Assembly (NCBI GenBank): GCA_964016885.1
Contig: OZ024747.1
Location: 8,308,001-8,372,000, forward strand
Length of the DNA stretch: 64,000 nucleotides
Direction: 5' to 3'
Origin: Eledone cirrhosa
Lineage: Eukaryota
Shown here in pieces: positions 53,656 to 64,000 of the stretch. Position 1 is the first letter of the stretch. Each line of letters starts with the position of its first letter. The position numbers were made by a program, and so were the translations under genes. The notes below the pieces were generated by a model. It was not told the DNA's origin. It did no database searches and saw nothing but the letters and a program-made list of their open reading frames with translations.

Positions 53656-55859
53656 CTCAATGGCAAACAATTACAATGCTATGTACACAGCGTTTGGTTC
53701 CATGTTTTATCATGTCTTATTTAGCAAAATACTAGTCTAGCATAGATTTATCTAATGTTTGATAGTTGCTCAGTCACACATGAATCACTGAACCCACTAA
53801 ACACGTCACTACACATATATTGATGATTGTTGGTCGTCTTTAATCGAGGATTGAAACCAAAGGTCAGTCTCAACTTAACAGGAACTTATCATGGGCCCGA
53901 CTCCTTACTACAAATGTGCGCCCCGTTCTCCCAGTTATGGACCCTATTCTCCCAGTTTTGGACCTCATTTTCCGAAATAGAACATACATACCAGAGATGT
54001 TTAGTGATTTATTTATTTATTGCAGGAAATCATTATATTTGATTATCATATAAATTTGTATAAAACTCGGATTCTTTAAAGTTCAATAATGTGTCTCTCT
54101 GTTGTCTGTGCTATAAGCGGCTGCCTTGTTGGCATAATGGTGGTGCTGGCTCTGAACTTGTAACTCTGTTCAAAAACACTCCAATTAAACGAAAATATTC
54201 AGTTTGTTTAGAATGTGAAATAATACTTTCCTTACCAAATATATTTGAGCAAAACAAACGAAGTTAATTAGTGTCGACATTAATGCAATGGAGAAATTAT
54301 TGTCGATAAGTAGTAAGTCGGTGAGCGCCGTAGAGTCAAGCAGTAGGATTGGTGGCTATTTCAGTGGACTATACTACCTGGAGTTCGATTACCAATTTAA
54401 GCCATTTATCTTCACTTACACAATCTCGCTTCCCTACTTTGTAAATTCTGTCGCTTTCTATCTAAATCAGAAATCAATATTGTAGTCAAGTCTGGGGGCC
54501 ATAACTGTACAGTTTTTATAGACGTAAGTTGAAAGGCAAAAGTGAAACCACTTAAAAGTATGCCAGGCAGTCGCTTTTCTAGAAAATGGACGCCACAAAT
54601 TGAATGAAAAATTAATGTCTTTACAACGAAACATTAAAGTTGAATAGCAAAGCACTAGACGTGAAAGATAGAATAAAGCCAGTCATCATACATACTCACT
54701 CTCTCTCTCTTCCTACCTCTCCCTTTCTCTCTTTCTTCACTCCTCCTATACCTCTCTCACAGCTTGTTGAAGAACTTTACAATTAGCCAATATACGAGAC
54801 TATGTTTGATAGTGACTTGTAACTTATTTTCAAATATTTTGTTCTGGATGAGAAAAGCAGGTGGCGGTAAAAGCAACTCTCACTAATCAACTATTGATAC
54901 AATTTAGTCTCACCGTTCAATTAGCGACGAGGTGTCTTTCTCAGTTCCATCACTGCTGCTAACTAACATTTATTGGAAAACTAACAAATAACGCTCTATT
55001 CTTCTTTATTTTCATAATCGATATTGTGTCTTTCCTTTTGATATAAATCCATAATGAAAGTAATTGGTTATCGAGCAATAGACGGCATAGTCAACAGAAT
55101 TTTATTCATTGTTTCTGAAAACGATGCCGAGATTTATTTAGTTTTTATTTTTCCTCTTAAATGAAAATTTGTTGTTGATTCTGATCAAATATTTGTGTAG
55201 ATAGGTCGTGTGTTGAATACAAAAATATATTTGATTAGACTATTAAAGTTTTGAATACTATTTGGAAATAATTAATATCTCCTTTGATTGAAGAAGACAC
55301 TTTACACCTAAGAGTTGATATCGAAGAACAGATAATGATCTTTGTCCATATTCGATCGATCACCATAATTTTCGAAATATTTTCTAGAAAATGTTCTACA
55401 ACTGTAACTCCCAACCTTTCCATCACCAAAGACCTCTTTTATTTAACTGTATTTTCTCATGCCACCCCCACCCCCACCTCTGGTACAACCGCTCCCCTCC
55501 CAGACGTGTACGATAATAATAATTGAACGACAGAAATGTTTATACTAAAAGAAGAATCGGTACCCAATTGTCTGTGAATGTATCATGTTTTTAATCTTTT
55601 TATTACTATATTTTTAATGAAAGACACTTTCTATGATTTTCAAATAATTAAGAATTTGGAGGAATTTAGTAATATAACTACCTTTTTTATTACTAAGCTA
55701 ATCTTTGGAGCATAACTTAAAGGTTCTAGAACGAAATTATGCTGGAAGGGTTTTAGATAAATATAGACACTTTAAAATAAACAGTTTACTATCATGGAAG
55801 ATTGGGTCATTTCAGGCAGTCTGGTATCAAAAAGATGAATCCTCTGCTACATTTTGTTT

Positions 55860-56965
55860 ATCAAGGTTCAGTCCTCATCCACTCCATGTTATTATAGTTT
55901 TCCAGGTCATAACTGGGCGTTTAAGACTGGCTGTCTATGGGAATGTCTGTATAATGATGAACTGGTTCTTATAGCTGAATCTGTGGAATACCTTGAGAAG
56001 AAATTGTGTGGAAACAGAACTTGGAATCAAAGGGGGTCAGAATAGGAGCGTCCATGCCACGGCTCTGGGAGGATCCACAAGATGGACTAGATTGACAAGA
56101 TACTGCTAATCCTATCACCACCACTAGACAAGAAGAATAAACCTAGCAATGCTTTAGTAAGAAGGAAAGAGGACAAGACTCTGACTCCATCAGGGAAGTA
56201 GCTGTTTTCAATATGTATAAAGACTGGCAGGAACTCTATACGATGTACTTAATGTAAGGTGTAGGTACGCAAGAGGTGTAATGAGATTGTAGGCAGATTA
56301 ACAAAAGATAGACTCTACATGTGCCAGATGCACAGAAACAGTGTGTAGTATGAGTAGCAATGTAATGAACGTTTACCAAACCTAAAAGTTACAATAGAAA
56401 TAGTTGATAGTTTCTGTTACTTAGATGATTTAATTAACAATAGATTGTGTTGCTCTGAAAGCATAGTAGTTAGAATAAGAACAGACTGGAAAACGTTTAG
56501 GGAGATATTACCTCTGTTGACACCAAAGGGATTATCTTTACGAGCAAAGGGTAGATTGTGTGATGCCCCTGCCAAAAATGGAATGTTGAATGGCAGTGAG
56601 ACGTGAATGTCAAATGCAAAGGATATAAAATGACTGGAAAAAAATGAAGCAAGCATGCTCCGTTAGATGTGCAATGTTAGTGGAACTAAACTGAGAGTAA
56701 AGCTGGTTATAAGAAGAATCAGATATAATGAACAAGAGAGTAGATTGTGGGGGCTCGGACATATGATGTTTATGGAGGAAAAACGTTGGGTGAAGAAATG
56801 CCAGTTGACATCAATGGTAGGAAGCTGCAGTAGAGAAATACCAAGAAAGATCTAGGCAGAAGTAGTTAGAGCTAATACTATAATGCTGAACCTCATAGAA
56901 ATGACGATTGAATGCTGTTAGTGGAGGAAAGCTGTGTAAGCATGGAAAAGCAGATGTAAAATGAT
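55860..56965 (+). mobile_element. Old, degraded RTE LINE copy
   Basis: FKTGCLWECLYNDELVLIAES, VDSFCYLDD and NEASMLR remnants collinear with 50100-51100. Confidence 0.8.
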
Positions 56966-57063
56966 GAATGTGTGTGCGTTTGTATGCTTATATTATATAT
57001 GTGTTTATATATATATGTGTGTGTGACTGATTAATTTCAAAAAGCTGGTGCAACACGGTAGAA

Positions 57064-57486
57064 ATATATAAAGGGCAAAGGATGACAAATAAAACAAAAT
57101 AATGTTTTACTCAATATGTTTGAACAATATATTTCAAAGCTATAATCCCCTTTTCAAATGTGAAACCAAAACAGTTCAAAACAAAAACTAACTATCGAAG
57201 TGTTCTTCCTTAATTGGTGTACATGTGTGAAATTGTTATAGTATCTACGATATGATTGTCTACTATGACGAAGTCGTTATAGACACCAATCACATAGTAG
57301 ATTTCACGCATGCTTATTTCAGACACGTACACCAGTTCAGGAAGAACACTTTGGTCGTTCATTTTTGTTTTTAACTGTTTCCATTTCACTATTGAAAAGA
57401 GGATAATAGCTTTGAAATATCATGTTGAAAAAGATTGGGTAAAAATATTACTTTGTTTTATTTGTTATCTTTTGTCCTTTGTATAT
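57064..57486. repeat. About 420-bp imperfect palindrome
   Basis: AAAGGGCAAAGGATGACAAATAAAACAAA...GTGTTCTTCCT versus AGGAAGAACAC...TTTGTTTTATTTGTTATCTTTTGTCCTTT. Confidence 0.8.
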
Positions 57487-57799
57487 CATTCATTTAGCAT
57501 CTCACAATGTTTATATGGGTCTATATATAACAGAGGTTCTCAAATTTTGGGGGCCACGTAACACCCTCAACGCCTCCGACCCTATTTCCAGAGAGACCTA
57601 CCTACATGCAAATTGTAAATAATATATAATAAATAAAATCGCCTACTTTGAGAGTCTCTGACACGTGGCTTGGGGCTGGTTGTGCAAATTGGGTTTGTTG
57701 ACATGGCTGTTGCTTCATAGATTATAGCCTCTGTTTAACAGGCTCTATCTAGTGTCATGAACCAGATAGTGTTTTGGCTTCTATTTCTCTTCAGGAGCT

Positions 57800-57932
57800 T
57801 TAGTCAGGGGTTGGAAATAATTTCTTTCTTAAATTTGTTTGCTTCTAGGGTATCGTTGTAAAGGGAGGGGTTCTTTGTTAAAGATGTATCTGCTAGCTGT
57901 GAGGTTGGAAATTCTTCTCGTTATATTTTTGA
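57800..57932 (-). mobile_element. Penelope-like RT C-terminal fragment
   Basis: KNITRRISNLTASRYIFNKE / YNDTLEANKFKKEI (frameshifted) resembles the PLE pattern I.RRIS.LS....IF...AP.YNDAL...GF. Confidence 0.55.
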
Positions 57933-58064
57933 CTAAATCATTTAACTATTGTAGAATGACAGATACAACATGTTTGAATACACACGTGCTTTTTCTCAAA
58001 AAATTATTTTTCGTTCTTTCCTCTTCCCACTGTGTCTTTCTATTTCATCTTATATTTCTCATTC

Positions 58065-58104
58065 TATCTTCTGATGAAAGACTAGTGTCTGAAACGTAAA
58101 GATA
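58065..58104 (+). ncRNA. Minimal type I hammerhead ribozyme (family H2)
   Basis: TATCTT-CTGATGA-A-AGAC/TAGT/GTCT-GAAAC-GTA|AAGATA: perfect 6-bp stem I, 4-bp stem II, palindromic ACGT in place of stem III. Confidence 0.72.
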
Positions 58105-58284
58105 CTTTTCCTACTACTATCAAGTGTTAAACTAATATATCTCTTCATTGTACAATGTCGTTTGCTTTGTTGTTTCCATTTATATTTTGCACACACACAC
58201 ATGTATATATGTAAGCTTATGTTTGAATGTGTTTTAGAGGTATGTACATCTGTATGTTTTTATATATGTGCATGTGTGTGGGTT

Positions 58285-58617
58285 TACATGGCTTAGTGGT
58301 TAGAGCATTGACCTTGCAATCGAAAGTGTGTGAGTTCAATTCTCAGACCGGGTGATATGTTGTTTCCTTGAGCAAGACACTTTATTTCACATTGCTCCAG
58401 TTTACTCAGCTGTAGAAATGAGATGATAGGGATTGGGGTCCCTATCATTCCACTGCAAAGTGGTCGTGTAGGCGCCACGGAAAAAAAAAAGCACCCAGCA
58501 CTCACTGTAAATGAGGTTGGTGTTAGGAAGGGCATCCAGCTGTAGAAGTCAAGCCAGAATCAGTTCCCGTCCCACCCTTGCAAGCAGGGAAAAGCGGACG
58601 TAAAATGATGATGATGA
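58285..58617 (+). mobile_element. SINE family A
   Basis: Near full-length copy with (GAT)n tail. Confidence 0.88.
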
Positions 58618-58798
58618 TTCTCTGCAGCTCATCATTCATTGAGTACGACCATAATTTGTAGTCTTCCCATTCTTCATATTCTAGATATTAGATATGAATT
58701 GACAGACAGATAGATTTCTCCATTATAATAAATAAAAATATTTTTCTCATATATGAGAGAGATGTGGGTGAAAGAAAATTATTTGCATACACATACAC

Positions 58799-58844
<46 letters not shown>

Positions 58845-58891
58845 CATCATCGTTTTAGCATCCACTTTCCCTGTTAGCAAGGACATATATA

Positions 58892-58935
<44 letters not shown>

Positions 58936-59053
58936 CATCGTTTTTCCATGTGCTTTTCCATGTTACATATACGTATATATATATATATACACACACATAT
59001 ATATGTATATGTGTGTATGTATATATATATATGAGTATTTATGTGTGTATATA

Positions 59054-59146
<93 letters not shown>

Positions 59147-59171
59147 CATATATATACATATATATATATAC

Positions 59172-59378
<207 letters not shown>

Positions 59379-59399
59379 CATATATGTATATATATATAC

Positions 59400-59454
<55 letters not shown>

Positions 59455-59782
59455 CAGACACACCAATTTCCCTTTTGCATTAAGCAGCAGCAACAGTAAT
59501 GTCAATCCACCACACATGTTGTCTCACAGACCTCATTGTAAATATTGAAATTTGTAGCGGCCTAAATAAGTTATATGTATTTTTTCTATTAACTTCAATT
59601 TTGTGTAATTGAAATTACACAAATATAAAACAGATAACCAAAGTTAAAATACATAACTTGAAGCAATCCTTTTGCAAATAACAAGGCTTTTATTTGCTAT
59701 GTTTAAATTTCTTCTTCTTGGAATGAAAATAAAATATCAAATGAAATTTTAATTAAATATATATTCCATACACATGCCATAC

Positions 59783-59847
59783 ACATATACTTCCATGTAC
59801 ATACATGCATATACTTACATGTATGTACATACATATATACATATGCT

Positions 59848-59901
<54 letters not shown>

Positions 59902-60607
59902 CATATATTCTTTCATATATCTTTATACATACATATACACACATATATATACATATATGTACACACACATACATATACACACACACACATACATATAGAT
60001 ATACACACACATACATACATATATACACACACATACATATAGATATACACACACACATACATACATATACACGCACACATACATATATACACACACATAC
60101 ATACATATATACACACACATACATATAGATATACACACACACATACATACATATACACGCACACATACATATATACACACACATACATATAGATATACAC
60201 ACACACATACATACATATACACACACACGTACATACATATATACACACACACACATACATATATACACACACACATATATATATATATACATGTACACAT
60301 AGACACTCATGTAAGTACATGTATGTATGTGTGTGTATATATGTATGTGTGTGTGTATATGTATGTATGTGTGTGTGTATATCTATATGTATGTGTGTAT
60401 ATATGTATGTATGTGTGTGTATATATGTATGTGTGTGTATATGTATGTATGTGTGTGTACATATATGTATATATGTGTGTATATGTATGTATAAAGATAT
60501 ATGAAAGAATGTATGTATGTATATATATATATATATGTGTAAGCATATGTATATATGTATGTACATACATGTAAGTATATGCATGTATGTACATGGAAGT
60601 ATATGTA
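59783..60607. repeat. Inverted duplication of a complex TA/CA microsatellite
   Basis: Unique interruptions CTTCCATGTAC, ATGCTTAC and TTCTTTCATATATCTTT recur as reverse complements at 60490-60600. Confidence 0.8.
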
Positions 60608-60693
60608 TGTATATAGATACACATCTATATACATACAAACAGATGTGTATGTATCTACACATGCATCTATCTATCCCTGTTTGTATGTATGTA

Positions 60694-61097
60694 TATGAAG
60701 GTCAGCTGAAAAGTTCATATGCTGACCAAGATACTCTCATGGAATGACCAAATGAGGTTCATTTTTCAACATGGTTCCTAGAAAAATACAGTGCAGTTAT
60801 TAAGAGTCGAAATTAATTGTTTCTACTTTAGGCACAAGGCCAGCAAATTACCCAGTGCATTACTGGTACTTTATTTTATCGACCCCGTAAGGATGAAAGG
60901 CAAAGTCAACCTCGGCGGGATTTGAACTCAGATCATAAAGGGACGTAACTATGCTGGAAAGCATGGCGTCCGACCCTCTACCGATACTGCCAATCCACCA
61001 CCCATATTAAGAGTCGAAATTAATGCATGTAAGATTTCATAGTTCTAGCATCACTCATTCATAGCCAACATATGAACTTTTCAGCCGACTCTCATAT
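60694..61097. mobile_element. Mariner-like MITE with nested SINE B (60818-61004, 20-bp TSD)
   Basis: TA-TGAAGGTCAGCTGAAAAGTTCATATG ... CATATGAACTTTTCAGCCGACTCTCA-TA; TSD TATTAAGAGTCGAAATTAAT at 60798 and 61005. Confidence 0.85.
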
Positions 61098-61225
61098 ATA
61101 TGTGTGTATATATATATATTGAGGGCGACCGGCAAAGGTGGAAGGTGCTGGATGGTGGTCGTCCTCGGGTCTTTGATTTTCAGCCCCATGGATTTTACCT
61201 ATTACATTCACTTATTATATTTCGA

Positions 61226-61289
61226 ATACCTGATGATATCACCGGATTCATAGGGAACCCGGCCATTGAAATGATCAGAGTATAATAAA
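61226..61289 (+). ncRNA. Probably inactivated hammerhead motif (family H6) followed by AATAAA
   Basis: ATAC-CTGATGA-(CCGG/CCGG stem)-GAAA-TGATCA-GA|GTAT-AATAAA; conserved U16.1 is G. Confidence 0.45.
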
Positions 61290-61404
61290 CCTTTCAAGGA
61301 TTTACACAAGTCCAGCCTCCTGTCATTTCATTATAATAATTATTATATATATATATATATATATATATATTAACAAATGGAAACTATATTTATAAAACCA
61401 TATT

Positions 61405-61469
61405 TATTTCATTATACATATTTCAAGGACACCAAGTAAAATTATGGTGTGCTTTCATCAGATAAAATA
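61405..61469 (-). ncRNA. Candidate type I hammerhead ribozyme (family H1, second copy)
   Basis: TATTTTAT-CTGATGA-AAGCACACCA/loop/TGGTGTCCTT-GAAA-TATGTAT-A|ATGAAATA. Confidence 0.62.
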
Positions 61470-61829
61470 TAATATAGATCAGTTTTATAAATAAATATTG
61501 ACATACCCTTAAAGAATGCAACCATTGCTGTTGGAAGCTCCCATATTTTTACTCCAAAAATTTGTTGAGTGCTTTATATCAGTTATAAAAATATTTGCTT
61601 GTTGTATCCCAACAATTTAAATAGAACTTTTACATATATATATATATACATATATATATACATGTGTGTGAGTGTTTATATGTATATATATGTACAGGTG
61701 TTCTACAGTTGGATGCCCTTCCTATCCCCACTGGTTCACTGTCTACTATTCCTGCTCCTCTTTCACATTCTGTCACTATTTCCCTCTGATTTCCACTCAG
61801 TAAAAATGTCTCTAAAAGACAACAATAGC

Positions 61830-62031
61830 TTCTGATATAGGCACAAGGCCAGTAATTTGGGGGGAGGGGAAAGTCAATTAAATCAATCCCAGTGCATTAC
61901 TGGTACTTTATTTTATCGACCCCCGTAAGGATGAAAGGCAAAGTTAACCTCGGCGGGATTTGAACCCAGATCATAAAGGGCCGTAACTCTATGCTGCAAA
62001 GCATGTCATCCAACGCTCTACCGATACTGCC
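61830..62031 (-). mobile_element. SINE family B (long-tail variant)
   Basis: TSD TCTAAAAGACAA(C/T)AATA. Confidence 0.85.
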
Positions 62032-63235
62032 CTTCTAAAAGACAATAATACAAAGTATTTCATTTTAAAATTTGTGCGTGTTCTAATCTCATCGAAGGTA
62101 CTGAGCTGGGCTGTTTCAACCATGCCTCTGCTTATTACTGGTTCATATCTTATTTTTGCTTAGAGTTGGCAGAGGTCACCCTTTTATAGAGAATAGATAT
62201 CATTGTCTTAAATAAACTGGAAGACAAAATATATTGATGCAAGTTCATATCTTTGGCATCACAAAAATATAGTTTTCCTTTTTCATGAATTTGTATACAT
62301 TGATAGATAAATTACAAAACACATTCATTCATAGACACGTACTTACATTAGTAGAAATACAGCCCAGAAGGGCTGTATTTCTGCTAGTTTCAGATATAGT
62401 GTTGAGATATTCATATCTTCGAGGGCTTCATCATTTTTTGCCAACTAAACTGACATCATATAACTGTATTTCTTTTTTCTAAATATTTTTTTCTACATTA
62501 AGTTGATCCAATGCTAATATTGTTGAGAATTCTGTATTTTTGAGTGGAGCCCTTTTTATAACAACCCCTACATCATAAAGGAAATCTTTCCTCTTCATTT
62601 CATAAGTTGTTACCTAGTTTTTATCCTGCCAGCAAGTCTATGATTCAGAGTTAGTCATACCTACTTATACAACTTTGAAGGCCTAACACTGTCGATATAT
62701 CTTAGAGCAAGTTAAGAATGATTAATCTAAACATATATGTATTATAAAGAAACTTTTGATATTTCAAGAATGTTACTTCTGAAGAAGCATTGAAATTACA
62801 ACTGGAATTTCGTAGATGAAAACTTTGGGTACAAGTTGATATTTGGTTTAGGGTGTTTACTGAGAGTTAGTAGTTTGTTTGGAGCAATAACAGTCTTATC
62901 TACATACCCCCCTCCCCACACACGCACATACACACACATGCACATACACACACGCACACACACACACACACAAACCTATAACTGTTATAAGCACTATCAT
63001 AAATGCAAACTGACTCCAATCCAACATTATCCACAAACCAATGAAATGTTATCAACACACATAATCCCAACCTAACTTATCACACACTACTTAAAACAAA
63101 TAAAAAAGCCATGAACTACATCCAGCAGAACCATACCCAAACACACACACCCATGCATAACAATAACCAAACCCATTCTAATTACTGGTACTAATGCATC
63201 AAATGTCATTAGACTGCAACCATCTTATCACATCA

Positions 63236-63381
<146 letters not shown>

Positions 63382-64000
63382 ATAGTAATATACGTGTGAA
63401 TGGCAAAGCATAAATGAACTAAGTCAGAAATTAGGAATAAGAGGGATCAGATGTTGTTTACTCGAGAGAAGACTACGTTGGTATGGTCACGTGATGCGCA
63501 TGAAAGACGACAGCTGTATAAAAAAGTGCAGGGCGATCAAAATAGATGGTAGCCACGGAGTAGGCAGACCCAGAAAAACCTTGGACGACTTGATAAATTC
63601 CGACCTCACACACTTACACCTCTCCAAGACAATGTCACTGGACCGAGATCTTTGGCGCTACGCAGTAATACAGAAGACCCGCCTTGCCTAAGTGTAAAGC
63701 GAAACCTACAGTCAGTAGGCACCTCTTACCAAAATACACCCCCGTTCCACTACCCTCACCCCATCCACACCACCCCTTTCGATGTAAAGTTATGTTGGTA
63801 CCACAACATTCAGTCCTAAATAAATGAGGTCGTGTAGGTGTCACGACAAAAAAACACAGTCCACGTTGTAATGTGGCCATGTAGGTAACACGGTAAAAAC
63901 CTCCAGTCCACACTGTAAACGTGGTTGGTGTTAGGAAGGGCATCCAGCCGTAGAAAACCCGCCAGACAGTCCTATATGAGCAAGACAACCAGTCTTGCCT
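63382..64000 (+). mobile_element. RTE subfamily 2 3' fragment, runs off the window
   Basis: [22 protein letters not shown]...GRPRKTLD, then 3' UTR. Confidence 0.9.

Noticed and set aside
62774-62800. CTGAAGA-AGCATT-GAAAT hammerhead-like motif (also CTGANGA at 4795, 42091, 48364, 50199)
   Set aside because: No stem I/III pairing, or lies inside coding relics such as the YADD codons

Overview
Eukaryotic, AT-rich, repeat-dense window, very probably octopod cephalopod (inferred from the protocadherin type and SINE/LINE set). The only clear host gene is a minus-strand protocadherin: one large internal exon (14338->11919, ATG 14297) encodes the signal peptide, six cadherin repeats, TM and a proximal tail, with a strong acceptor and a phase-0 donor. 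Its other exons could not be identified with confidence. The rest is microsatellite and mobile DNA: Tx1/L1-like LINEs always inserted in (TATC)n, a young RTE LINE with an embedded PHD-like finger and partner SINEs, TTAA (piggyBac-like), mariner and Tigger-like MITEs, a Helitron-like element, a hAT relic, Penelope-like relics and a decayed tRNA-Asp. The most interesting signal is a set of about 10 minimal type I hammerhead-ribozyme-like motifs from several families, about 5 well formed. They sit in short non-coding elements beside (TA)n tracts, including a 199-bp palindrome with two back-to-back hammerheads. All structures were folded by eye, coordinates are hand-counted, and no searches were run. 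Most ORFs in the supplied track are microsatellite artefacts.
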